Shown here piece by piece: positions 16,438 through 25,880 of a stretch of DNA of 64,000 nucleotides; position 1 is the first letter of the stretch; each line of letters begins with the position of its first letter. A program made the translations under genes and the position numbers. Source of the stretch: an uncultured Desulfosarcina sp. Its GTDB lineage: Bacteria > Desulfobacterota > Desulfobacteria > Desulfobacterales > Desulfosarcinaceae. The notes beneath the pieces are model-generated. The model was not told the origin of the DNA, made no database searches, and saw only the letters and a list, made by a program, of their open reading frames with translations. The DNA lies in assembly GCA_963674945.2 (NCBI GenBank), contig CAXXWQ010000004.1:2560001-2624000 (forward strand), read 5' to 3'.

Positions 16438-19400
16438 CTATTTCAGACTAAATACCACCTGCCCTTTATTGCCTCCGTCATCCGCTTTCGAATCCGACAC
16501 CTTGGAGGCCACGATGAAGATGCGATTGCGATCCACCTGCCCCGTTTCCATCAGGTAGCTCTTGGCGGCAAGGGCCCGGGCATTGGCCAGCTTTCGAAAA
16601 TCGTCTTCGGTGACCTCGGTGTGGGTACGCAAAAGCAGCTCCACGGTTTCGGGTGTCGGTTCCACGGGTTTGCCCTTCTCGTCCTTGGGCAGGGGGATAC
16701 CGGATTCTTCAAATACGGCCGACAACAGTTCCGGCCGCTCCGCTTCATCCACGACGATCTCGTCCAGGGGGACGGCTCCCTTTCCCGATTTCATGATCCG
16801 TTGGAGCTTTTTCGCCTTGAGGCTGTTTTCCAATAGTCTTGCGCGCAGGGCATCCCGGTCCGCCTCCAGCACCGCCGTGCCCCGGACGTCCAGGTTCAAT
16901 CCCGGCCGTTCGTACAGCACCGTTGCCAGTTTATCCATCTTTTCGGCGTTTTCCGGCCCGATCTCACTCTCTCCGGCATCGAAATCCAGATAGCTCAACT
17001 CTTCGCCGCCGTCGACCAAAGCGCCCAAGGCGGCAAAGGGAGAGGTGACAATCTTCACGATGAGGTTTTTTAAGACGGTCACCACCGCCTTACCCACCCT
17101 GAATTCCGGATCGTCCACATTACCGCTCACCGGCAGGTCCAGATTGATGTTGCCCTCACGATCCTTTAACAGGGCAATGGCCAGCTTGATGGGAAGATTT
17201 ACTGCATCGATGCTCTCCACCGAATCACCCAGGGTGAGCTGCTGGATGGCGATGCTGTTTTTGCCCTCCAGCTTCCCCTCCTCCATCAGGTACTCTACAT
17301 TGAAGGTCAATTTTCCCTTTTCGACGATATACCCCATGTATTTTCCCGAATAGGGTGAAAAGGGACTCAGTTCGATGTCTGAGATGGTAAGGTTCAGATC
17401 CACGTACGGATTTTCGATCAACGGATTGATCTGACCGGTGATCCTGACAGGCGCATGGTTGGACCACATGCCCTCCAGGAGCACATCGGCCCTTTTTTCC
17501 CGGATGGATTCCAGCCCGGATACACGACCGGCCAGGTCGTGAAATTTGGCATTGAAGTTGGGTTTGATGAGTCGATCGGAAAAATCGATGGTCCCGCCGC
17601 TGACGGTGACTCGGGAGATTCGGATCGGCGTTGATTCGGCATCCGAGGCCGGTTTTTCTTCCGGCAAATCCGTCTTTTCGTCACTGTTGGGCGAGGTATT
17701 GGTCCCGGCGTCGGATCCGCTGAACATGGAGACCAGATTGACGCTGCCATCCGGAGAGACGATCACCCGGGCGAAAAAATTCGAAAGGGAAACCTGATCG
17801 ATGGACAGTCGGGTAGGATTGATGCCTAATTGGAGATTGTCCAGGGCCAGCGACTCCCAATTGAGAAAATCGTTGGCATTCGCCTTATCGATGGAGGCGA
17901 ACCGGTTGAGGCCGATCTTGCCGTCGTAAGTGATGGTTGGCGCGTGCCCGTCGGCACCGGACAATTTCAGGCGTCCCTGGGTTCCGGCAAAGCCTTTGGT
18001 GACGATGATGCCCGCCTGCTCGGAGAGGTAGGGCTGGAAGGGACGAACGTCCAATTGATCCAGATCTACCGCCATATCCAGCGAAAGGGGTGATATGGTG
18101 ACATCACCGCCCATGTGGATCGTGCCCGATTGCTCCCATCGCATGGAGAGATCGGCCTTTCCTTTTCTATTCTTTGCCGTGGAAAGATCCGAAGCGGTCA
18201 CTGCGATCTGGTCCACCCTGAACTTTACCGGATCCATGGGCACACGATCCTCCACGTCTACGACCACATCAGCAATCTTCAGGGCAGCGAGATTCACGAC
18301 AAATGGCGAGGTGGTTTCATCGGCGTTGCGGGGCTCCTCTTCCTGTTTGGCCGTCGCATCCGGCTCTGCCGCCGCTGAAGGAGCGGCAGGGGTAAAGGCC
18401 CTGGCCAGATTCAAAGTGCCGTCCTTTTCCCGTCGACAGACCAGTTGTGCCCGGTCCAGGTCGACGCGGCCCAAAGTCAATTCTCGCCGGCTCGAATCAA
18501 AAGTGGTGTCGGCGACCTGGAACCGGTCCAACTGAACCAGCGGGTCGTCGTCGTCTTCGTCCACCACCTTCAGCTTTTCTACCAAAAGGTGCATATCGGC
18601 CACTTGAACCCATGGTGCCCCCTCTTTCTCGCTAAGGCGGTATGCGCCGCCCAGTGACACGCTTCCCTCTGCGGCCCTGAATTCGAACATGTCCTTATAG
18701 TAGGGAAAGTAGCGGGACGCGTTGGCACTCGAAACGTCGATCTCACCGGTCACGACCAACGGCGAAATGGAGGCGGTACCGGACAGCGCCATTGACTCGT
18801 CGGCTTCGGTTTTTAACGATAGCCGGTACTTGGCGGTGCGATCGACGTTGAGACCGAAATTCTCCAGCGCCACATCCAGGTCGTCGACGGTGGTAGTGAA
18901 AGGCTCGCTGTTGGCCAGATCCGTGTAGTGAACGACGCCGTCGGCAAAGGAGAATTGATCGACGGTAACCCTGAGCTCGAAATCACCGGTTTCGTCCCCG
19001 GCGGATTTCTCCTCTGCCTTGTCATAGGCGCGCACCGTCAAAAATGGAAGGTAGAGTGATCCCGTAGGGAGCCGTTTGAGGAAGTACTCCGGTGCCTTGG
19101 TCTCCACATGGGCCAGCCGCAGTTCACCGGTAAGGACCTTTGACGGCAGAAAATCAACGGCTAACAGAGGATTATTGACGAAGGGATCACCTTTGCCGTC
19201 GGCCAGTCTCACATCTTCGAGGGTGATGGGTCCTGCCACCACCAGCTCGGGCCGGTCGTCGCTTCCCATGCGAAAATCGATCTCGGCTTCCGCTTCCACG
19301 ACCGAAGATTCGATCTTCAGATTCTCGGGTAACGGAATATAGGGAAGATAGTGGACAATGCTTAACTGGGAGATGTCAATTTCCACTTCCGTTTGCCGGG

Positions 19401-20064
19401 AGGGATCGAAGGGGCGGGCCTTTCCGGATACCGAGAGGATGGCGCCGTTGATCTTGGCGTCGACGTCGATAAGGGAAAAGAAAGCCGCATCTTTCTTCCG
19501 GGTGGAGAAGTCCGACAGGTGCAGGTGCAGGTCCTCGATCCGGTGGTCCACCGATACGACCCGGTCGTCCATGGCAATGCGGCCGCTATCGATGCGAAGG
19601 TCGTAAATGGCAATGCCAAACCCGCCGTCATCGGCCGGTTTTTCTTCCACCACGGGCTCGGTTTCCTCGGTCTTTCCGATATCAGAGAAGTTGAAGGTGG
19701 CCTCGCCGGTGCGCACCAGCCGGATGTCGGGACTGACCAGCCGCACGGATTTGAGCACCAGGGCCCACTTGAAAAGAGAAAAAGTCTGCACATTGGCGTA
19801 GGCTTCGTCCAGATGGACGAAGGGCTTGTCGTCCGTTTCCCGAATATCCACGTCCCGCAGTGTGACGGAGAGGGTGATGGGATTGACCCGCACCGCTCCT
19901 ACCGCAATCTTGCGGCCAATGGCCTCGGCCACCTGTTTTTCGACAATGCCGTCCACGACAAAGGGTGCCGCGAGAAAGCCGAAAAGGAGATAGAGTACAA
20001 AGATAGCGATAATGACGATGACGATCTTCTTCTGCCGAACCGTCAAATCTCCTGTTTTTATCAT
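16438..20064 (-). CDS. DUF748 (AsmA-like) envelope protein with C-terminal OmpA-like region
   Basis: N-terminal TM, FNFSD motif, LSPFSPYSGKYMGY.VEKGKL, LAIALLKDREG.I.LDLPVSG, C-terminal LANARA.AAK.YL. Confidence 0.85.
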   Translation of the reverse strand: MIKTGDLTVRQKKIVIVIIAIFVLYLLFGFLAAPFVVDGIVEKQVAEAIGRKIAVGAVRVNPITLSVTLRDVDIRETDDKPFVHLDEAYANVQTFSLFKWALVLKSVRLVSPDIRLVRTGEATFNFSDIGKTEETEPVVEEKPADDGGFGIAIYDLRIDSGRIAMDDRVVSVDHRIEDLHLHLSDFSTRKKDAAFFSLIDVDAKINGAILSVSGKARPFDPSRQTEVEIDISQLSIVHYLPYIPLPENLKIESSVVEAEAEIDFRMGSDDRPELVVAGPITLEDVRLADGKGDPFVNNPLLAVDFLPSKVLTGELRLAHVETKAPEYFLKRLPTGSLYLPFLTVRAYDKAEEKSAGDETGDFELRVTVDQFSFADGVVHYTDLANSEPFTTTVDDLDVALENFGLNVDRTAKYRLSLKTEADESMALSGTASISPLVVTGEIDVSSANASRYFPYYKDMFEFRAAEGSVSLGGAYRLSEKEGAPWVQVADMHLLVEKLKVVDEDDDDPLVQLDRFQVADTTFDSSRRELTLGRVDLDRAQLVCRREKDGTLNLARAFTPAAPSAAAEPDATAKQEEEPRNADETTSPFVVNLAALKIADVVVDVEDRVPMDPVKFRVDQIAVTASDLSTAKNRKGKADLSMRWEQSGTIHMGGDVTISPLSLDMAVDLDQLDVRPFQPYLSEQAGIIVTKGFAGTQGRLKLSGADGHAPTITYDGKIGLNRFASIDKANANDFLNWESLALDNLQLGINPTRLSIDQVSLSNFFARVIVSPDGSVNLVSMFSGSDAGTNTSPNSDEKTDLPEEKPASDAESTPIRISRVTVSGGTIDFSDRLIKPNFNAKFHDLAGRVSGLESIREKRADVLLEGMWSNHAPVRITGQINPLIENPYVDLNLTISDIELSPFSPYSGKYMGYIVEKGKLTFNVEYLMEEGKLEGKNSIAIQQLTLGDSVESIDAVNLPIKLAIALLKDREGNINLDLPVSGNVDDPEFRVGKAVVTVLKNLIVKIVTSPFAALGALVDGGEELSYLDFDAGESEIGPENAEKMDKLATVLYERPGLNLDVRGTAVLEADRDALRARLLENSLKAKKLQRIMKSGKGAVPLDEIVVDEAERPELLSAVFEESGIPLPKDEKGKPVEPTPETVELLLRTHTEVTEDDFRKLANARALAAKSYLMETGQVDRNRIFIVASKVSDSKADDGGNKGQVVFSLK

Positions 20065-20092
20065 TGGTTTGTGTCCATTCCTGGATGGGCAT

Positions 20093-21175
20093 CTACAGGG
20101 CCTCGGCGATTGCCGCCATCGCCCGTCTGACCAGTTCCATATCCGCCTGGGTGCCCATATGCCCGATACGAAACACCTTATCGGTCAGTGGTCCGTAACT
20201 GCCGGCCACCACCAGGCCCTGCGCCCGAAGGCGCCGGTCCCAGGTCTCCCAGCCGTATTTTACCGGCACTTTGGCCGCCGTCACCGTGGGTGAAGAGATG
20301 GCCCCCTTGGCGGGAAACAGTTCGATGTCCATTTCCACCAGACTCCGCCGGCAAAAGCGGGCTACCTTGTTGTGGCGGTTGAAACTCTTTTCCAGCCCTT
20401 CGGCAAGCAGCATTCGGGCCGCCGTATGAAGCGCTGCGACGCCCTGCCAGCTGGGAGTATAAGGAAAATATCGGTGGGCCACGGCATTTTGAAACGGCTT
20501 CAAGGCGTCGTATCCCACATAATCCACTGCATCGATGATCTCCCACGCCTTGGGGCTGACCGACAGGAAACACATGTCCGGCGGCGCACTAAGGCATTTT
20601 TGCGCCCCCCCCAAACACAAGTCGATGTGCCAGTCGTCGGCCAGCACGGGGACGCCGCCGGCACTGGCCACCGCATCCACGTAAAACAACGGGATTCGGT
20701 AGGCGTTCTTCAACCGTCCCAGCTCTTCCAGGGGGTTGAGGGTTCCCGACGGTGTCTCGCAGTGCACGGCGGTGATCATTCGGGGTTTGAATTCGGCGAT
20801 GGCCGCCTCGATGCGTGCCATGTCGTTGATGGTCTCGTCGTAGCTGAAGCCGACGGTCTTGACGTCCGCCCCCAGATGCTGCGCCATCTCGCCGATACCG
20901 TATCCGAACACCCCCGTCGCCACGGCCAGCACCCGATCACCGGGCACAAGGCAGCTTTTCAGGGCACTCCATAAAGCCAGCATTCCCTCACCGGACATGA
21001 TCACGATGTCATCCCGTGTGCAGAAAACCGATTTGAGAAGGCGTTGTGTATGGGTGTAGAGATCGAAGAATTCCGCTTCCAGGTCGCCGGAGCCATATGG
21101 TTCCAGATAGACCTTTCGGATCTCTTCGGGTACCACAACCGGACCGGGTACCATGGGAATGGGATAGGTTTCCAT
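20093..21175 (-). CDS. Class V PLP aminotransferase (alanine-glyoxylate/serine-pyruvate family)
   Basis: PGPV, VHCETPSG.LNP, VDAVAS.GG, GAQKCL..PP (PLP Lys), FRIGHMG. Confidence 0.9.
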   Translation of the reverse strand: METYPIPMVPGPVVVPEEIRKVYLEPYGSGDLEAEFFDLYTHTQRLLKSVFCTRDDIVIMSGEGMLALWSALKSCLVPGDRVLAVATGVFGYGIGEMAQHLGADVKTVGFSYDETINDMARIEAAIAEFKPRMITAVHCETPSGTLNPLEELGRLKNAYRIPLFYVDAVASAGGVPVLADDWHIDLCLGGAQKCLSAPPDMCFLSVSPKAWEIIDAVDYVGYDALKPFQNAVAHRYFPYTPSWQGVAALHTAARMLLAEGLEKSFNRHNKVARFCRRSLVEMDIELFPAKGAISSPTVTAAKVPVKYGWETWDRRLRAQGLVVAGSYGPLTDKVFRIGHMGTQADMELVRRAMAAIAEAL

Positions 21176-21187
21176 GAAATTCCCTCC

Positions 21188-21871
21188 TTATACCTGTATG
21201 CCGCGGATCTTCTTTAACAGGGGTTGAATCCGCTCTCGGTGTTCTGGTGGAATCATTAGCACAAACACCGGCTGATTGGCCACGAGACCGGCCGGCGGTG
21301 CCGGAAGCCGGCCGTCAATGTAGGCGTTTCGGTTCTCTTCGGATTCGAGAAAGGAAAGCACGTCGACAAAATTGCCCGTATAGCCTTTGGCGTCGATGTG
21401 TTCGATATGCTGCATAAATACGTCATTTACCGTAAGGATGAACGGATCCATGTCGGCAAAACCGGTCTTGCCGCAATTTTGGGCGGAAACCATGCACCGA
21501 CAGCCAAAAGGACGGACCCCGTAGAAGGGGCAGGCACCTTCGGTGAGTATTGGACAGGAACCGGCATCGGGGTTCATCTGTTCTTCGGGCGGATCGCCGC
21601 CGCGGGCACAGATGTCCGCCATGCGATTGATGGAGACCTCGGGCACGAATCGATCCGCAGGTGCATTCTTGTGAAGATTCATCAAACAGTTTGTATTATC
21701 GGTCTGGGAAAGATGGGAAACGATCCGATATCCTTCCAGGGTGGTCATGGTCATATTGGCCGTGCAGCAATGGGCGCAGTACTTTTCACAGGCCAGATCG
21801 AATTCGGCTGTGAACTGGTCGTAGATCTCCATCATGCGGTCGTATACGGTCAGTTTGGTGCGTAGTTCCAT
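21188..21871 (-). CDS. YkgJ/CxxCxxCC-type cysteine-cluster protein
   Basis: ACEKYCAHCC and CP.L…CPFY..RPFGCR motifs; longer ORF start lies within the adjacent repeat element. Confidence 0.8.
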   Translation of the reverse strand: MELRTKLTVYDRMMEIYDQFTAEFDLACEKYCAHCCTANMTMTTLEGYRIVSHLSQTDNTNCLMNLHKNAPADRFVPEVSINRMADICARGGDPPEEQMNPDAGSCPILTEGACPFYGVRPFGCRCMVSAQNCGKTGFADMDPFILTVNDVFMQHIEHIDAKGYTGNFVDVLSFLESEENRNAYIDGRLPAPPAGLVANQPVFVLMIPPEHRERIQPLLKKIRGIQV

Positions 21872-21902
21872 ATAAGTCTTCGACTTTCCATTGGATAAAA
21901 GT

Positions 21903-22056
21903 GTCGGCTTCGTAAAAAGTCCGATATCTGCGTTACGCGTCACCCCTCGTCACTGCGACGTATCCAACCATACGTCTCATTCCTCGGAGTTCGCAAGCCT
22001 TGATCTCGAACTTTTTACGAAGCCGCCCGAAGTCCAAATTGCTACGAGTTCATCAA
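21903..22056. mobile_element. MITE/REP-like palindromic element, copy 1
   Basis: Inverted ends CGGCTTCGTAAAAAGT…ACTTTTTACGAAGCCG plus outer TACGAGTTCATCA half-site; inverted near-copy at 45825-45978. Confidence 0.75.
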
Positions 22057-22333
22057 AAGTGAATCATAATGTCATTCCCGGTTGTGTCCTTCCGGAAATT
22101 GGTCATTTCTGGGTCGGCACGTAATTTTTTTCCGCGCCCCCTTATACCCTAATCCATCACCTTTTTCCAGCGACCTTGACAACCCGTTGTCCTGACGGTA
22201 GGAAAGAGGGCGTCGGTAGTATTTTCGATCCTACCTGAATGCAGGCACGCTGGAAGCAGGCACACCAACATTGTAACAATTTGTTATTTTTTATAAAACC
22301 GACCAACATAGAATATGTATAGGAAGGGGGTCC

Positions 22334-23440
22334 ATGACGAGCAAAGTCTATTTCATCGATATGCGCGCCACGGTCAAGGAAAGCTTTATCCAGAAAATCG
22401 GACGGCTCATGGAGATCGCCGGCATCGCCAATGCCGTCGGCGACCGGGACTTGACGGCGGTAAAGATCCACTTCGGAGAGTTGGGCAACGCCGCCTTCAT
22501 CCGTCCCGTGTACATTCGAAAGGTAGTGGAGGTGGTCAAACAGGCGGGGGGCTCGCCCTTTCTTACCGATGCCAATACATTGTATGCCGGCACCCGCAGC
22601 GATGCGCCCAACCACCTGCGGACGGCCATCGCCAACGGCTTCGACTTTTCCGTGGTCCAGGCGCCCCTCGTCATCGCGGACGGCCTGCGGGGAAAGAGTG
22701 AAACGGCCGTGCCCATCAATCAGAAACGATTCGAATCGGTTTACATCGGTCAGGAGATCGTGGAGGCGGACGCCCTTGTGTCGGTGGCCCACTTCAAGGG
22801 CCATGAGCTCTCCGGCTTCGGGGGCACCATCAAAAACCTGGGAATGGGATGCGCCTCCCGAAAAGGCAAGCTTGCCCAGCATTCGTCCCTGTCGCCGAAG
22901 ATTTCCGGCGAACAGTGTATCGGCTGCGGCGATTGCCAGGATCACTGTTCCCAGAAGGCCATCTCCCTAGTGGATGAAAAGGCACGGATCGACGAAGAAA
23001 AGTGCATCGGTTGCGGCGAGTGTATCCTCGTGTGTCCCAACGAGGCGATTTCCATCCAGTGGAATCAATCCGTCCCGGTATTTCTCGAAAACATGGTGGA
23101 GTATACCATGGGAGTATTGGCGGGAAAGGAAAAGAAGTCGTTCTACCTCAATTTCATCACGGACGTTTCCCCGGCCTGCGACTGCTTTCCGGCCAACGAT
23201 GCGCCCATCGTGAAAAACATCGGCGTGGTGGCATCCACCGATCCGGTCGCCATCGACCAGGCCTCCGTGGACCTGGTCAATGCAGAACCCGCCCTGGAAG
23301 GCACCCAACTAACCACCAATACCGCCCCCGGTGAAGATAAATTCAAAGGAATTTATCCCCAAGTGGATTGGGAAATCCAGCTGGACTACGCCGAAAAACT
23401 GGGACTGGGCAGCCGCGCCTACGAGTTGGTCAAATTGTAA
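22334..23440 (+). CDS. DUF362 family Fe-S protein with 2x[4Fe-4S] ferredoxin domain
   Basis: AVKIHFGE.GN, HFKGH..SGFGG.IKNLGMG, CIGCGDC…C and CIGCGEC…CP, DPVAIDQA. Confidence 0.9.
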   Translation: MTSKVYFIDMRATVKESFIQKIGRLMEIAGIANAVGDRDLTAVKIHFGELGNAAFIRPVYIRKVVEVVKQAGGSPFLTDANTLYAGTRSDAPNHLRTAIANGFDFSVVQAPLVIADGLRGKSETAVPINQKRFESVYIGQEIVEADALVSVAHFKGHELSGFGGTIKNLGMGCASRKGKLAQHSSLSPKISGEQCIGCGDCQDHCSQKAISLVDEKARIDEEKCIGCGECILVCPNEAISIQWNQSVPVFLENMVEYTMGVLAGKEKKSFYLNFITDVSPACDCFPANDAPIVKNIGVVASTDPVAIDQASVDLVNAEPALEGTQLTTNTAPGEDKFKGIYPQVDWEIQLDYAEKLGLGSRAYELVKL

Positions 23441-23441
23441 C

Positions 23442-23747
23442 GTGCTCGGGACTGCCGCTCACATCGCCTCGCATATCCTGGTGCCGGGTGTCGTCGCCCG
23501 TATAGGATTCCCCCGGCACTGGAAAAAGGCCTGGGCAGTAATGGCAGCCACCATGGTTGTCGATGTCGACCACCTGCTGGCAACACCGGTCTTCGATCCG
23601 GATCGCTGCAGTCTCGGTTTTCATCCATTGCACACCTGGCCCGCCATCGCGGGCTATCTCCTGATGACACGTTTCCCCAGGACCCGGTGGATCGCCCTGG
23701 GACTGCTCATTCACATGGCGTTGGACGGACTGAATTGCCTCGTATAG
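23442..23747 (+). CDS. DUF6122-like small membrane protein (metal-dependent hydrolase-like)
   Basis: H…H, TMVVDVDHLLATPVFDPDRCS.GFHPLH, HMALD motifs; GTG just after DUF362 stop. Confidence 0.75.
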   Translation: MLGTAAHIASHILVPGVVARIGFPRHWKKAWAVMAATMVVDVDHLLATPVFDPDRCSLGFHPLHTWPAIAGYLLMTRFPRTRWIALGLLIHMALDGLNCLV

Positions 23748-23896
23748 GATCTGTGATCCGGTCGTGGCGGCATGATCGGGCCAGCCGTAGTTGACAGAAA
23801 CAATATCAGCAGATGGGGATCGTAAAGGCTCCCGGTTTCATGGCATAAGGAGTAAGGATAGATCGTGGTAAAACCCGACGACGGGTTGTCGCGTCA

Positions 23897-24361
23897 TTAG
23901 AGAAAAATATCTCGAAGAAATGCCTGCTTCGGTTTATTCGGATCCACAACGATCTGTACATATTTGCCGGACGAAATGTTTTCGGAAGAAAGCACATAGC
24001 GACGCTTTTTATACGACCGGCCCTGATATACGTATGAAAAGGTTACCCGGCTGTTAAGGGAAAGCCCCCGCCTTTTGTTATTTTTGATGGATTCGCACTT
24101 TCCCCGGACGTTCGCTCCCCGTTCAAATACGGCACGGATCAGACGAATTCGACAAACCAGCAATACCATGCAGGTCCCTGCCGCGCCACCTGCCGAAAGT
24201 AGAATAAAGTACCAGGTTTCTGGATTTGCTTCCGTTTGTGTTGCGTCAAATAACTTTTCGTATCCAACGACGGCACCGATGAGAATGGAAAAAATGGTGC
24301 AAAGAAAACAAAAATAATCCGCGAAGATAATTTTAAAAGGGGATGGTGTTTTGTTTATCAT
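23897..24361 (-). CDS. Membrane protein with DUF3592-like beta domain
   Basis: Two TM helices, then V.FSY.YQG..Y and V.I.VDPNKP..A; start uncertain. Confidence 0.6.
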   Translation of the reverse strand: MINKTPSPFKIIFADYFCFLCTIFSILIGAVVGYEKLFDATQTEANPETWYFILLSAGGAAGTCMVLLVCRIRLIRAVFERGANVRGKCESIKNNKRRGLSLNSRVTFSYVYQGRSYKKRRYVLSSENISSGKYVQIVVDPNKPKQAFLRDIFL

Positions 24362-24677
24362 GGTCAGCTGCGCTTCGGGAAAATGGAATCGAATTATCCC
24401 GTGTATGTGATGCGGCCTCGTCCCGAATATATCTATAGTATTGAAAATCGTTGTCAATCAATTTGGCGGCCATCAATTTAATTTTGCATAACGATTTGAA
24501 ATAGCGTAAATACTTTACATCTCAAAAAGAAACAATGTCAGTATATCAGAAAATGTCCCGAACGATGATGGAAAACCGATTTATCAAAAACTCGGTTTTC
24601 TCTCATCTCCAGATCCAATGAGGTTATTTATTCTGAAATAAATGGCATTTCCCTTAAGGCTCAATTGGTAAACGACT

Positions 24678-25880
24678 ATGACAAGAACGAATCAGATGTT
24701 TTCCGATCGCATAACGGATGTTCCACGTTCCTTCATACGCGAGATCTTGAAAGTAACACTCGATTCAAGCGTGATCTCCTTTGCCGGCGGTTTGCCGAAC
24801 CGTCAGTTGTTTCCCGTTGACAGACTCAAAGAGGCGACGTGCAAGGTCTTCGAAACCCACGGCAGGGACGTCTTGCAATATGCCAACTCGGAAGGACATG
24901 CCGGACTCAGAGAGTACATATCGGCTCGTTACAAAGAGAAGGCGAACCTGAATGTACCGGCAGACAACATTTTGATCACCAACGGATCGCAGCAAGGTCT
25001 GGATTTGCTTGGAAAGACGATCTTAAATGACAATGATGCGGTTGTAATCGAAGAGCCCGGATACCTTGGCGCAATCCAGGCGTTCTCTCTTTATCGGCCA
25101 ACGTTCCTGCCTGTTCCGGTTTCCCTCGCGGGAATGGATCCCGATGTATTGGAAACGGTATTGTCCGACAACCGCCCCAAGCTGATCTATTCCGTACCGA
25201 ACTTCCAGAACCCATCCGGAATTTCCTATTCCGAGCAGAACAGGAGGGATCTGGCAAAGATACTTGAGAGGACCGACACGATCCTGATTGAGGATGATCC
25301 ATATGGAGAATTGAGATTCTCTGGCGTTGCAAAGCCATCTTTCAAAGCGCTCTTGCCTGAAAACACAGTCTTGCTGGGGTCATTTTCAAAGAGTCTGGTT
25401 CCGGGGTTCCGGCTCGGGTGGATTGTTGCCCGATCGGAATTAATGCAGAAATTGATCACTGCAAAGCAGGCGACAGACCTCCACACAAGCCATTTTACGC
25501 AGGGTATCGTTTGTCAGTTTCTTCAGGACAATGATGCGGATGAACACATCCGGATGATTCGAGACGTCTATGGTCAGCAGTGCAACGCCATGATAAGCAG
25601 CATACAGAGGTTCTTTCCTCCCGAAGTTACCTATACGCAACCTGAAGGAGGGATGTTTCTCTGGGCTGAATTGCCCCATGGCATGGTGGCCGCAGATTTG
25701 TTCGAACTTGCGGTCGAGGATAAAGTCGTATTTGTTCCGGGTGATCCCTTTTATGTTCGTGGCAAAGGACACAATACCCTTCGGCTCAATTTTTCTTGCT
25801 CTGACGTGGATACTATCGAGGTAGGGATTGAACGACTCGGCAAGGCCATTGGTAAGTTAATTGAGAGAAAGAATGTTTGA
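24678..25880 (+). CDS. Class I/II PLP aminotransferase (LysN/ARO8-like)
   Basis: ISFAGGLP, NGSQQGLDL, PNFQNPSG, EDDPYG, SFSK…PGFRLGW, LRLNFS. Confidence 0.92.
   Translation: MTRTNQMFSDRITDVPRSFIREILKVTLDSSVISFAGGLPNRQLFPVDRLKEATCKVFETHGRDVLQYANSEGHAGLREYISARYKEKANLNVPADNILITNGSQQGLDLLGKTILNDNDAVVIEEPGYLGAIQAFSLYRPTFLPVPVSLAGMDPDVLETVLSDNRPKLIYSVPNFQNPSGISYSEQNRRDLAKILERTDTILIEDDPYGELRFSGVAKPSFKALLPENTVLLGSFSKSLVPGFRLGWIVARSELMQKLITAKQATDLHTSHFTQGIVCQFLQDNDADEHIRMIRDVYGQQCNAMISSIQRFFPPEVTYTQPEGGMFLWAELPHGMVAADLFELAVEDKVVFVPGDPFYVRGKGHNTLRLNFSCSDVDTIEVGIERLGKAIGKLIERKNV

Noticed and set aside
21872..21943. MTRNADIGLFTKP extension of the YkgJ ORF and the similar ORF starting at 45937
   Set aside because: Both are translations of the repeat element arm, not real coding sequence.
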